Assembly (NCBI RefSeq): GCF_964355755.1
Contig: NC_092671.1
Span: 16,616,001-16,680,000 of the forward strand
Reading direction: 5' to 3'
DNA from: Antedon mediterranea
Taxonomy: Eukaryota > Animalia > Echinodermata
DNA: 64,000 bases
Under the pieces are notes generated by a model. It saw only the letters and a list, made by a program, of their open reading frames with translations. It searched no databases and was not told the origin of the DNA. Positions 51,501 through 62,681 of the stretch are shown here, one piece after another (positions within the stretch are counted from its first letter, which is position 1; each line of letters begins with the position of its first letter). The translations under genes were made by a program, and so were the position numbers.

Positions 51501-53220
51501 GTGGGACTGGCAAATTTCGGATAGCTGCACACCTGTCGCCTAATGGTGTGATACATGCGTGTCCTGAAGAATTAATCAGGATGGTGTGTCCCATATATTG
51601 CACTTTATTCTTGAATAACTTACATTTCTTTGGACAAATTCTAAAACCATTTAATTGTAGGGCTTGTAAAACGGAAACGAGGTGCTGCTTATGAGCAAAT
51701 TTGTCTTGGCTAAATAAAATAATATCATCGTGATGGGCGATACAGAATTCTCTAGAATTTGGGATTTCATTTAAAATTTCGTCAATCTTTGCTTGAAATA
51801 TACCTGGTGAAACGTTTAATCCTTGTGCTAATCTCTTATAATAATAATGTTTTCCACCATGATATGAAGCTATACCTGTATATTGTTGGGCATGTTCGGC
51901 TAATGGTACACAGTGGAACGCTGATTTCAAATCAATTACGCTAAGAATCTGTGCATTAGCGTTACCTATTGTTTTCAAAGTTTCGGCCAATAATGGGAAT
52001 GGGTGATTAATACGTTTTATCCTGGAATTTAGATGGCGGAAGTCTGTGACAACTCTTTTATCTTTTGAATTTTTCTTTGAGACAAGAAGGACAGGGGAAG
52101 TATACGATTGGTGTCCTACTGCTAAGATTCCTAGTTTGACTAATTTGTTCAATTCGGCCTCAATAACATGTTTGTCTTTGTCTGTCGCAAAGTATGGGCG
52201 AATAAAAAATGGTTCATCGTTAGAGAGGTGTATGTCAGCTTTGAAGTTTGGGCAGCTAGATAGTTCACCGTATAGTGAAAATGCGTTTCTGTTTTGTTGT
52301 AAGGTTTTATACAAATCTTCTTTTTCTCTATGTGTTAAAACGCTGTCTGTTAAATCAACTTGTTTTCTAATTATTTCTTCCTCGGTTAAAGTTAGCAATG
52401 GGTCTGTACGTTCTAAATGTGGGTACTTGTTTGCGTTGTCATTGGTCAACTTTATTCTATCAATTGGTAGGTCGTTAGTAACTGTTACAAGGTTGGTTAA
52501 GTGAAGGCTCGCGATAGGTTGATGTGTATTTAGAGATACGTTTCTGTTTGTGTTGTTAGTGATATCAATGTTGGTTTCTCCTCTATGTAATTTTACTAAC
52601 ATATCTGATGGACAAAGTTTTGAAATATGGGTGGTTGCATGTAGAACAACATCAGAATTGCGTACGAAGGCGGGAACCCTTCCTTTTAATTTAACTGTTT
52701 TAGTATCACCGGGTTTAAGAAAAATCTTGTGTACTGGACGAAAGCTAAAAATCTTTGGTCTAATGCGAAATGTGTTTTCCTTAAAATTTAAAGTACCGTC
52801 GAGTTCAGACAATGTTTCGGTTCCAAGTATCAGGTCAATACCTGTCAAATTTTTAACGATTAATGCTGAAATTTTAAATTTGTGTCCTTGGATAATTAAT
52901 TCGAATTGCACTAAGTGGTTGGCATATAAGAAGTCACCGTTACCTAATCGAAATTTGGTTGTGTTCACTTTAACTGGCTTTAAACGCGATAAATAAAGTG
53001 AGGAATTAACGTACGATTGTGAGATTATAGTTCTAGTTGAACCACTGTCAAATAAAGTTAAAACATTTCTACCATCTGGTAAATTTCCTTTAACGTAATT
53101 TCTGTCGTTAAGTAACAAATCAATATTATCTGAATTCCCTAAGTATTTTGCCTTAAAATTGTCGTATTTAGTATGGGGGGCCAGATTATAGGCGGCATCT
53201 AGTCCCCTTTTTAAAAATCC
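48505..53220 (-). CDS. pol: Pol (PR-RT-RNase H-IN) in the -1 frame relative to gag
   Basis: LFDSGS protease; RT DFRHLN, IDLKSAF, LAQG, HHDD; RNase H YSDTS, ELE, VDH, ADFLSR; integrase HHCC, LSLDF, LISD, VER and GPL. The frame is open back to the GGATTTT site at 53220. Confidence 0.93.
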   Translation of the reverse strand, partial: GFLKRGLDAAYNLAPHTKYDNFKAKYLGNSDNIDLLLNDRNYVKGNLPDGRNVLTLFDSGSTRTIISQSYVNSSLYLSRLKPVKVNTTKFRLGNGDFLYANHLVQFELIIQGHKFKISALIVKNLTGIDLILGTETLSELDGTLNFKENTFRIRPKIFSFRPVHKIFLKPGDTKTVKLKGRVPAFVRNSDVVLHATTHISKLCPSDMLVKLHRGETNIDITNNTNRNVSLNTHQPIASLHLTNLVTVTNDLPIDRIKLTNDNANKYPHLERTDPLLTLTEEEIIRKQVDLTDSVLTHREKEDLYKTLQQNRNAFSLYGELSSCPNFKADIHLSNDEPFFIRPYFATDKDKHVIEAELNKLVKLGILAVGHQSYTSPVLLVSKKNSKDKRVVTDFRHLNSRIKRINHPFPLLAETLKTIGNANAQILSVIDLKSAFHCVPLAEHAQQYTGIASYHGGKHYYYKRLAQGLNVSPGIFQAKIDEILNEIPNSREFCIAHHDDIILFSQDKFAHKQHLVSVLQALQLNGFRICPKKCKLFKNKVQYMGHTILINSSGHACITPLGDRCAAIRNLPVPRTHKETKRFIGAVNYVSHFFPQIQSILRPLHTLASKRRKFCWSTEHQKAFDEIKQLMVKPPTLQMPRKEGRFTLYSDTSRTATGSYLTQTVNGKEHIIGYYSKILPQACQRYSVTELELFGLYINVSAFRHLLKGCEFDAFVDHSAIVQIWNSKDQPCTPRLQKLILRLSGYIFQIGYKKGTELVLADFLSRAPRDDDSEIDQVVPIAFNITETESLNPITNTSTSRPVTRSYAKKMGINIPDLHKPKPKQTPVINQNPVTTNTRPTPQPSTTPQIITRQQTNAHRSPPIITPPIATPPPIRNVNIRQPPEERLVDKNKQSKDTTHRNVPVELYTSPKPLVPNITEFKSAHIPKQQDLDRLMDVIQRKIIRDYNLPVDVKQLRVEQETSPFFKPVYDYLVHDILPADKKAARAVQNKSEQYILCNGLLFRLFFQDKGGEFVLQLAVPENLAETVISQYHDNLLSSHQGTMRTYLTIRKLFYMPLMFEKVNNYTQACLRCQQFRPKTDKLRPLHDRVPATYRPFHTLSLDFKSMPTSPSGFKHIMVVCDEITRFLICVPLKSIDAETICEALIQKVISIFGPPSRLISDAATSLTGKLLTLLCNTLNIDRKIISVHNHGSLQVERHIRTVSDLLKVNLNQFGTDWVRFVSTTCYAYNSFSSPHLGNHSPYELVFGRQPPSLTSLAFNPISGLSHSYEEYFEHLKKKFQNISQTMLQLQRTQQNVQNSKISQRLEKCPIYSVGQLVYLYKPTSSSLTANSKKIAAEWVGPLVIHEVLDRTHYILATIKGEILRDVFNYNRLKPCFMRTPKERKNFTHLQKLKQLLNEPTDDNNDKIQNTINVVNDEINVEFVDEHDRTPAQLQSDTLTHPTKVEPLNLQPYIDCVENNMGLAAPFQMKEEQIKEQTNLIMTAPNDSNMTLNRGRFKAGHFQVLVSYSKPTSVKRNTDKTKHESNDRKFWWNIDRYNDTDKLIKEIINDKQIPISGSPKRFIKRLYNATNY

Positions 53221-54176
53221 TGCTGGTGGCTAGGGTAGTAATTGTTTGACTGTTGGTATGGGTATGGCGGGGGATAGTTTCCGTAAGAGCGGTTTTGTTG
53301 TCGGCAGTGCCTTGCTATGTGGCCTGGTTTCCCGCAGTAATAACAGGTTGGGGGAGGTTGTCTATATCTTGGAGTCGGTGGGGTCTGGAATCGGGGTTTG
53401 TAGGGGCTTGGGCTTCGGTTTCGTCTTGGGATATAATTTCGGGTGGGGGAACGTGAGCGTCGAGTATCATCATTAAGGGATCGTTTTGTTGTGGCCATGT
53501 CTAACTTGAGAGAATTTATCTCATGTTGGAGCGATTCGAGACTATTAGGCCTATCTGTTTCCTTATTGATATTGAATGAAACTTCCCGTGTGGCATCATC
53601 TACGGAAAGGTCAAGGTAATTTTGTGTGCTATTTACAATATTTTCAATAGTGGCATCGATTGGGGTGGACATGGCTACAGCTGCTCTACATTTTGGTGGA
53701 AGGGTCGAAATAAATTTATTCTTTATCTGCTGGTCAGCGTATCCAATTCTGTCTGCGGCTTGTTTGATTTTGGTTAAGTGCTTTTCGGCGTTGTCGCCAG
53801 TGGTGTATGTAATTGAATCGTATTCTCTTATGTGCGCATAGATTGATTTGTTTTTACTAAACCTGTTGATGAATTGGGTTTTTAAGGATTCTAGTGAATC
53901 GAACTGCTTTCCCTCAATCCAGAGTCTAGCTTGGCCCTGAAGGCTACGTTTAAAAATACTTATTACATTAATTAATTGGGCATTGTTTACAGGGTTTTCT
54001 AACGTGTGGGCCTCAAGGTAGTCGGTAAACGATAAGTAATGTGCACTACATTGGTCGTGATCGGTTATGGAACCGTCATATCTTTTGGGAAGGAAATCGG
54101 TTTGTCTTAGGTGGGGCACGGGGTGAGGATTGACGGGCTCATTTAAAATTACTTCGTTATCAACAACGTCGACCAT
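53211..54176 (-). CDS. gag: Gag (capsid-like region + single CCHC zinc knuckle)
   Basis: 321 aa; FKRSLQGQARLWI...LKTQFINRF retrotransposon gag motif, Arg/Ser/Pro-rich region, CYYCGKPGHIARHC. Confidence 0.9.
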   Translation of the reverse strand: MVDVVDNEVILNEPVNPHPVPHLRQTDFLPKRYDGSITDHDQCSAHYLSFTDYLEAHTLENPVNNAQLINVISIFKRSLQGQARLWIEGKQFDSLESLKTQFINRFSKNKSIYAHIREYDSITYTTGDNAEKHLTKIKQAADRIGYADQQIKNKFISTLPPKCRAAVAMSTPIDATIENIVNSTQNYLDLSVDDATREVSFNINKETDRPNSLESLQHEINSLKLDMATTKRSLNDDTRRSRSPTRNYIPRRNRSPSPYKPRFQTPPTPRYRQPPPTCYYCGKPGHIARHCRQQNRSYGNYPPPYPYQQSNNYYPSHQQDF

Positions 54177-54844
54177 ACTTTATAATATTAATTATTAATC
54201 AAATATCAAAAACAATTTAGTGTATATGTAAACTCTCACTTTTTCAATCAAGGTTACAAATCAAAATCAAAATGGTTTTGACTTACCCCAAATGCTTCGG
54301 ATCCAATTAAAAATGAATTAAAGGAAAGCAAAAAAGTGTTCAAAAATGTCTAAATGTTCAAACAACGAATTAAAGAAATGTTAAAGGTGCTCATCAATGT
54401 TCAAAAAAAGTAAATGTTAAAAAAAACGATCGAAAAAAAAACGGCGTGAAGTTGAAAGTCTCTAAACGAAACAGTTCTTGTCCGCTTGCTTCTGTTTTGA
54501 TTCTTCTTGGGTCTTCCTCGATTATCTTCTTTGTCTTTATCCAATGGTTATAATTTCATAAAATTTCTGCTTGTCTCGATTTCATTCAAATATAATTTCA
54601 GCTTGTCTTTTGTGTCTTCCTCGATTATCTTCTTGTCTTCATCCAATGGTAATAATTTGATAAAATTTCTGCTTGTCTCGATCTCATTCAAATAAAGTTT
54701 CAGCTTGTCTTTTGAGTCAAAGTAAATTTCTCTCCTTTCAAACAAATATGGTTATTTTTGTCTTCGTCTTCGTCTTCGTGTCTTGTTAAGTGTTTATTTC
54801 TTGTTTTCTCACTCCGTTCCTTATGAAATTCGGGTCTTCCACCA

Positions 54845-55431
54845 TGTAATATAATGTTGGGTTGTTGAGGTACTAATGAAAGACTCTAACTCGCTTGACT
54901 GTCGTAACACATATATTATTTATTCAGTATAATACTTCAGTACAATATACAACTATAAGTATAGATAAGGAACGCGGAGGATCAATGATGCTGTCGGTGA
55001 GGTGTGGTGTGTGTAGGTCTGCTTCTGGAGAAGTGGTTGTAAGGTGTGTCTGGGCCCTTCTGAAACCTGGGGGTATATTGGCTCAGTTCATTTGCATAAT
55101 GTCATTACATCATCTGTGAGGGTAACGATTGGTCCTAAGTTGATCCAGGGGTGTTTAAGTGGGAGTGATTAACGGTGTCATAAGGTATTTCTGTGATGGA
55201 TGACACTGTCAAATCTGTACTTAAATAGTGTCGATCACTCCTGGTTTTAACGATGGGAAAGTCACAAAATTAAGCTAAGTGTTTTCTTTAGGGACTCTAT
55301 TATAAACTAAATGGTCGTTAAAACATCTGGACAAACTCTCCTTTGGACTTTCTGGGTCAAGTTTGTGAACCTATTTGAATTCCGATACAAAGGTCAATTT
55401 CTTAAATATAAAAGTATATCTTTATATCACA
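54845..55431 (-). repeat. 5' LTR
   Basis: Direct repeat of 47004-47590, followed by a TGG-starting PBS on the minus strand. Confidence 0.97.
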
Positions 55432-57873
55432 GTATAATAAACAATGGTTTTCGTACGGAAGGTGAATTCGAAATACGAAAAGAAAAATCTAAATCTGTTA
55501 TCAAAGGTAAAATGTTTTCTGGAAGCAGTTTTTTGTTTGACGCTACATACACAAACGATAACTGGCATCATGTTGCTATGACCTACAACGGTAGTACAAT
55601 ACAGTTTTATTTAGATGCACAGTTAAAAGGTAAATCCAATTGTTGTTCTGGACCCATCCCGACAATAAACAACCCGATTTATATTGGAGGATATGAAGAT
55701 AAGTGGGACAATTCATATCAAGGATTGATTGACGAAGTAAAACTGTTTGGTAAAGCTTTATCTGTTGCTGATATAAACGAGGAAATCTCATTTGCAATCT
55801 CAGCAAGCAAAAGCACTCATTTACATATTAACTTTAAATATTATTAATTAATCATATTACACATTATACCAAATAACTGATATGGATGATTTAAAAGGAA
55901 ACACTCTTTTGCACAACAATGTTTTTATACAGCGCATCGGGTGCCAGCTTATAATGCGCTGTATACGAATAGATTTAATAAAAAGTTTTAATTTCATTTC
56001 ATTAAAATATTTCATTACCGGTAACATTTAAATTTCCAAAACTGAATATGAATTTTAACAAGACTAAAATATTTCAACAATGATTACTAGACGATGGAAA
56101 ACACTGTGTGTTATGTTCACAGATTTCTATGGTAAAAATAGACATTCTATGGTAATAATATTTAATTTATTACTTTAGTATTATGTTGTTAAAACCAATT
56201 TACACTAGGATGATAACGATCGACGATAAATAAATATGCATTTTCTTACATAAAACAAAATCTAAAAACTATAGGATAGCCATCCATGCTGCCTTTGATG
56301 AAAGTAATATTTTCATAAGTCCAATCAAATAACGTCATGATTAGTAAGAGCAATAATATCATGACAATACAAAGATTTTTTAGTTATTATTGATCATGAC
56401 GTCATTTGATTGGATTTTTAAAAAAAATATTTTGTCTAACTTGATTTTTGTACAATGTTGAGTGTTGTTATTGCACACAGTACAACTGTTTTCAGTCTTT
56501 GCCTTTGTTGTACATTCCCCCCACCCCCACACCCTTAATCTGCTATGTTTTAAAGTTGGAAAACAAAGATTGATTTAAAAGTGAACAACGCCCTTTTTTT
56601 TTACAGTACTTGCCCAACCTCAATCATATTTAGTTGCATTGATTTAGACCATTAATTGATTTTGAGAATGACTACGATGTCTCAATTATGGAGTTGAAAC
56701 ATCGTTCCTTTTCAATATAATTTCTTATTGAATTATAATATTCTCAGTATTGTATTTCATCTTCACTGTTTAAAAGAAACTATTTTCACGAATTGAATAA
56801 TTTCATAAAGATGCAATTGCATTAAAATTCTAGATACAAATTACTAATGAGTCTAGTAAAATATTGATGAAATTAAATTGATGTATAAAGACAATTATAG
56901 ATGGTTTTTTTTATTGTTATTGCACGTATGATATCTAACATAAATTTTCCACTCTCCTCTATCTACAGTATTTACATTTTTTTAAATTAAAAAACAAAAT
57001 AATTATTTTAGGACTTTTCAATACGAATACGACCTCGGTTACATATTTAGGCCTACAGGCCCGTGTCAAAAGTCAAAATGCAATATCTAGTACAGTACAC
57101 CACTAATGTATTACAGTAGTAATTATTATTATTATAATTATTATTATTATTATACAATATTTAAATTCTAATTTGTCTGAATATGTGGTGGCCCACATCT
57201 AGAACTTCAACATTAACATTTTTCATGACTTGTTCCTCGATCATTGTTTTCAGTTTATTGGAATATCACTACTAGCAAATATAACCGCTCCAGAGCGAGT
57301 AAACCCAACGTTTTTGAAACGTAGTTTTAAAACCTTCCAAGTACAATATACGGTTTTTGTGTTTAGGACAAATAAAGAAATGTATTTTATGAAATTAAGA
57401 AAAGGTATAAGGATTTCTAGTGGTGAGCGTGGGCTTTGCCAATTCTCACTGATTTCATCACATTTATCTTTTTTTAATTAATTTTCACCGTTTATTGTTC
57501 TGTGCCTGTCAATTTATATATAAAAATAAACATATTCAATGATTTAAGATAGCCACACTATCTCAACGAATCTATATATATCAATTTACGTAAGGCAAAA
57601 TTTGGTATATCGCGCGGTACTTCTAGCATTTTTACTCGATGGTATATAAAGTTGGTTTATACTTGCAGTACTGATTTTAACCACCTAATGTAACCCTGTT
57701 TACTAATTAAATGTAGTTAGATAATTAGTTATTGACCATTTAAACGAATTTAGGATCAAGGATCGTTGTATGTACTGTCTAATAAATGTTGATGCAGAAA
57801 AATTCCCCCACACAATACTGTAATACGAGGATGCTTCGCATTTACCTATCTCCTTCTACAATGACATCTATAC

Positions 57874-60800
57874 CTAAATGGGTGTTAAATACGCCCTTTT
57901 AATACCGCAGCCACAGCAAAACCTTGCATCTGGCAAAGGGAACATGGTTCCACAGTTGTAACAGAAAGGTGCAGGCGATCCTGTTGCCTCGTCAAAGGAT
58001 GTCGACACACTCGGGCTAGAGTGTTCTTTCAGCACTTTACCATCATTTTGTTGTCCTCTTGGCGAGGTAGGAGGACGAGGGGATAATCCATTTTGCATAG
58101 TTGGTTGTAGTTTAGCGGGTGACATGCTTCTTGGGCTCCTTCCTCTTTGATTGAGGCCGCCATTTTGTACACCACTGAGATCTAATGTAGTTGTTCTATA
58201 AACAATATGAAAAATGCTAATAATTTCGATAATAAAACTGGAACCAATATCAATAATACATATATAAATGGAAGAATAATTGCACATGCAGACAAAAACT
58301 CTTAAATACATAAAAAAACAAAATTCCACACAACTTTACAAAGTAAGGTTTCAGGTACATACAATATACTCAAGGAGGTAGGAGATATATGGAAAAATGT
58401 TCCTGTTGAATTGAGAACTGAGACTTATTTATTAATAACTAAGTCTCTGCTGAGTTTGTAATAATGTATAACGTTGTATGCAGGGCTTCAATAAAAACCA
58501 GTGGGCTACCCTGGGTAAAGAAACGTAATAATAATATTATTAAGATTTCAGTACCAGTATATCAAAATATCAATATTTCCTCCTCATAAAATAATAAAAT
58601 AATGATAACACTAACGTTTCATGCATAGAAGCATCTCTTGCACCGCCAACACTGATTGATTGATTTCTGCTCATACTACGAAGCTGACTTGCTTTTGTCG
58701 TTCGAAATGAGCCTTGGCTTCCATACCTGCTCCTATCATCTCCATTTTCTTGACCTTGGTTCATACCCCTGTTACCACTACCAACTGATGAATATGTTGG
58801 AGGATCATGAGAGGGGTATCGAGACTTGGGTGCTGATGTTTTGTAGCCATCACTACTGCTAGTATCAGCAAATCTGTAATTGTAAAAATAGTGCTGTGTT
58901 GACAGAGCCAGATGTGTGTCTCCAATACACAATCTTAACAACTATTCAAAAACAAAAGCTGTAGTGTGACAAAAATGTGATCTGATGATGTCATATTACT
59001 ACCATATTTGGGCACACTTTATGTCAAACTAGTTTTATAGTGTAGACAGAGCTTTAGATATAATGATTTTACAAACCTGACATGTTGATTCAATTTAGCA
59101 CTTTTGGGTCTTAGTGTTTTTTTTCCAAACTTTTGACTTCCAGTGGAAGAGTAATTACTTGTTGGACGACTGGCAAATGAACCTTAAACATTAAAATTAA
59201 ATAATGATAGATTAAATGTTTTATAAAGGGGAAAAAAGTAGAGAAATTAGCAATGTTATGTGTTAAGGGCTTACTTCGACCAAATCCAATGTTTGTTCGA
59301 CTTCGTTCCTGCATTGCCCGAAAATGATCATCTTCAAAGTTGCGTCCTGAATAAGCTACACCCCCATTTGGCTTCCTCCTTACTACATTACTATCATACT
59401 ATATAACAGAAATAATTGATGAACAGTTCATTATTTATGATTCCTTCAATATGAATAATACCATGTTCAAAATAAAAACTCAAGACTCTACTCAAGATGT
59501 TAATCACTTTCAGAAGAAAAATAAATAGAGAAGATGTTATTTTCTCCAGTATTTTACCTTTTAAGGTATTTTTAAAAAATCAATTCAAATAATGTTTCTT
59601 ACAGATTTCCTTATTCCAGTTGAGCTATATCCTACGTCAGCAACAGCAGTTTTGTGGAGCGGTTTAACAGGCGCACCGAACGTCTTTGATCGTGTTGCGC
59701 AAAACGGAATGTGTCTTTCACCAGCCTTTCGATTAAACCGTCGACTACAATGAGGACATTGAATATAATCTGAAAATATCAACAAATAAAAACTATGACA
59801 TTAGATTGATAAAACATTAAGTACACACTTAAATTTATGAAATTGTTTTTTTTATTTAGCAATGAACTTAATTGGCCAATTTTATTTCCAAATAAGGTGC
59901 CAAATGTGGTGGTTAACGTGCTTTCCAATCCAAAGGTCCATGGTTCAATCCTGACCTAGTGCCAGGGTTGTAACTCATGACTCTTTCAACTCCACTCCCT
60001 AAGCCTCAAATGAGACTTAGTTTATAATCACAATCAATTATAAAATAGTTTAGCCACCCTGTAATTGAGTGAGTTATGGTGGATGCATATGAAATTTTAA
60101 AAATATATAAACTTTTATATTAACAATCACACCGTTACTTATATATTTAAGAGTATCAACATCTCTAAATCTTACATGTCAACTTTCAGATAGGGTCATA
60201 TTTAAAATCAACACGAACATAGCAACTTTAAGGACCTACATTCTACCAAATTCAGGAGGTCAACACGCACTCAATAAACTAAGAAGAGGGTCAACCTTTG
60301 TTTCATCTTAACAAAACTAAATGTAGCATCACTCAAGAATTAGCAGTACCTGGATTGATTGATGGTGGTGGAGGGGGTGGTAGTGGACCCCCGGTCTTCA
60401 ACGCTTTACTAACTTGGCGGGCAGACCGAATTGAGTTGATAAAATCAAGATGTTGCTCTCTCCAATTGGTGATTTTCACTGGGTTGCTCTGTAATAGAAA
60501 AATAAATGATTTATCAATGTACACAACAGTAGGATAAAAAGAAAAAATATTATGACATCTATAGGAATGCTTAGAGTGTTCCAAAAAGGAAATAGGTAGA
60601 CTCCTAGGCTGTTAAATAAAGACTATGACCACATTGCTCCTACAGAGTAGATAATTAATTGGTTTACAAACTCTGGTCTTACCGTGACTACAATTGGTTG
60701 AGTTTTTTTAGCTTTAGTTAAAGGTACATCACTATCAATAGCTCTCTGTTTAGCAGAATTAAACACCTTTCTGCTCTTGGACTTATTTTCTACCTTTTTA

Positions 60801-61397
60801 CATATTCTCTGATGCTTTTGCTGTAAAGAAAACAATAATATTATTTATAAAGGTTGACAGTGTACTTTCTTCTCCATGTGTAGATGGTTCACTGATTGGC
60901 TGGGAAATTGTGAACATAATTTTTATGCCAATAAGATGCCAATATGCTGATATAACCTTACCAATGTTTCAGGGTTAAATGTGCGTCCACAACAAGAGCA
61001 TGCCTGAAGATCATTTGTGGTTGTACCCGAGAATGCTGGAAATAAAATGAAATGACATTATTAAAAACATCTAGAGATCTAGACTGGTTACTTTTATAAA
61101 ATAATTGGATTGTAAATTGTAATATTTAAATTGGATTGAAGGGATGCTTAGTAAACTATGTTCTATGTATATGTGTAGACCCTAGCCTAAGCTATTTATA
61201 TTCCAGTATTTGTTATGGTTGTTTTATATTGATCAGTAAATTAAGTAAGCCTATGCTTTAGTTAGTAGCCCATTCAATTGAGCTACTGTCTGGTCCAATC
61301 AAAAGCCTGCGCCTCACTAAGCACCTAGTTATAGCCTATAAGTTTGATGTTGGGAAGGTAAAACAGGTTAAGCTTTTGTCTTACCGTTATAATCCAT
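57874..61397 (-). CDS. ZC2HC1A: Zinc finger C2HC domain-containing protein 1A-like (FAM164 family), 9 coding exons
   Basis: Exons 61397-61385, 61035-60962, 60820-60683, 60488-60350, 59769-59603, 59398-59275, 59182-59077, 58873-58616 and 58195-57874 are in frame. Motifs: CSCCGRTFNPETLQKHQRIC, RKVFNSAKQR, NWREQHLDFINSIRSAR, PPPPPPSINPDYIQCPHCSRRFN..AGERHIPFC, and C-terminal FCYNCG...ARFCCGCG. Confidence 0.88.
58957..59053. mobile_element. Deleted copy of the 13570-13738 MITE family
   Basis: Shares GTGACAAAAA, ACTACCATATTTGGG, TGTCAAACTAGTTTT and TAGTGTAGACAGAGCT-TTA. Confidence 0.7.
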
Positions 61398-61698
61398 GAT
61401 TTAAGCCGTAATAACATACGGTTACATGTTGAAGACCAATGTAGGTTGAACTTCGATGTACTTCTACATTGTTGGCCTTTTTAGTAATACTTAATAGACT
61501 TGAACTTGAATCATTAATGCCTTTTTACAGCGACTGAAATATTGTGTGTATTGTTGCGGCGGTGGTGGTAGCAACAATTGTTTATTATCAGATACGCATG
61601 ACTGATTTCCGATCACTGTATTCGATCGATCGTTTGTTGTGTATCGGTTAAGTGTTCGACTGGTAAGGGCCTTTAAATGTAATGTGACTTGATATAAT

Positions 61699-61883
61699 AG
61701 ATGGTTCCCACTACTTAGTAGGACAAAATGCAAGGACGTAAGCGCAATGCAAGTATGTAAGCGCAATGCAAGTACATAAGCGCAACGCAAGTAATTTGAC
61801 CAATCACAAGCAATGGATTATCCGGCCTATTTGTTATTGGTCAAAATCGCTTGCGTTGCTGTGTCTATACAGATAACCAAGCT
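61699..61883. mobile_element. Degenerate MITE with internal 19-bp repeats
   Basis: TAAGCGCAATGCAAGTA(TG) x3, TTGACCAATCA/TTGGTCAA inverted core and AACCAAGCT end; a related segment lies at ~17590-17705. Confidence 0.5.
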
Positions 61884-62381
61884 TAACTTGGCATTTGGGA
61901 AGTGTATAGGTTACCCTGACCCACATGAATACCATTGTCAACATTTATTACAATAAATAACATTTTTAATTATAGGCCAAGTAGAAATTAGAATGCTATG
62001 TAATACATGTTTGTGATCTATTTGAAGCATAATCTCACTTCCTTAGAATACCCGCTTTTGGGTTACACAGTACTTTTAAAATTAAAAACTAATAAAAAAC
62101 AAAAATCAAGTCAACTGAATAATATTATGTAATTCAATAAGACATAGGCCTACTACGTAATACAATTTGCATTATCTGTGCAGTAGTATTCCTTGACCTC
62201 TTAAAATTATACGATCTGTATAAGAGTAGAGGATGTTTGTATACACAATCGTATGCTTCCGTTAGCATTAGACCCATCAAAAGCGACCAATAATACTTCC
62301 GTGTTTACGTTACGTCATCAAACTTCCTTCTAAAACTGTGTTCTACTTAATTCATATGTCATTTTGGAAGAGTATCCTAAG

Positions 62382-62681
62382 ATGAAGTATCCAATACGAA
62401 TGTTTATTGTCGCTATATTGTTTATGTTTTTATCAACATTTGAAGTGTCATGTTCATCATCGCCGATTGTTCTAACAAAATATGGAAGAGTTAAGGGATT
62501 TCAGACGGATGAAGCCAACATGTTCTATGGTATCCCGTACGCCACTCCTCCAATTGGCTGGAGACGTTGGCGATCACCAGAAGAGCCTCATTCATGGGAT
62601 CCTTTTATTTTTCCAGCTGTGTATCGGCCACCTGGGTGCCCTCAGACATGCGATGAACCACCGAATGCCTGTCCTGAAACT
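62382..62681 (+). CDS. Type-B carboxylesterase/cholinesterase-family protein, first coding exon (continues beyond the window)
   Basis: Signal peptide, then PIVLTKYGRVKG...FYGIPYATPPIGWRRWRSPE...PPGCPQ; GTAAGT donor at 62682. Confidence 0.85.

Larger units (their letters stand above)
47004..55431 (-). mobile_element. Full-length Ty3/gypsy LTR retrotransposon (8428 bp), very recent insertion
   Basis: 587-bp TG...CA LTRs at 47004-47590 and 54845-55431, with no differences seen by eye. 4-bp TSD GTAT (47000-47003 and 55432-55435). PBS TGGTGGAAGA.. immediately inside the 5' LTR (54844 downward). PPT AAAAAAGGGAAACAGAGGGA (47610-47591). Intact gag and pol. Confidence 0.97.
45851..55847 (+). pseudogene. 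Secreted Thr/Pro/Ser/Asp-rich repeat + LamG/concanavalin-like domain gene, disrupted by a frameshift and an LTR insertion
   Basis: Signal peptide MFRQYLLLVISSEILSLHIEA; 7-aa repeats; then LAHYAFEGNVDDMS...GVNGRAAMFNG...FSVSFWLK. After the insertion: IINNG...DNWHHVAMTYNGSTIQFYLD...IYIGG...YQGLIDEVKLFGKALS. Removing 47004-55435 restores YG|IINNG in frame, and removing one ACGGT at ~46056-46070 joins the signal-peptide ORF. Confidence 0.85.

Noticed and set aside
59895-60080. tRNA gene (GGTTCAATCC B box); similar at ~4375-4440
   Set aside because: No cloverleaf can be drawn; probably decayed SINE heads.
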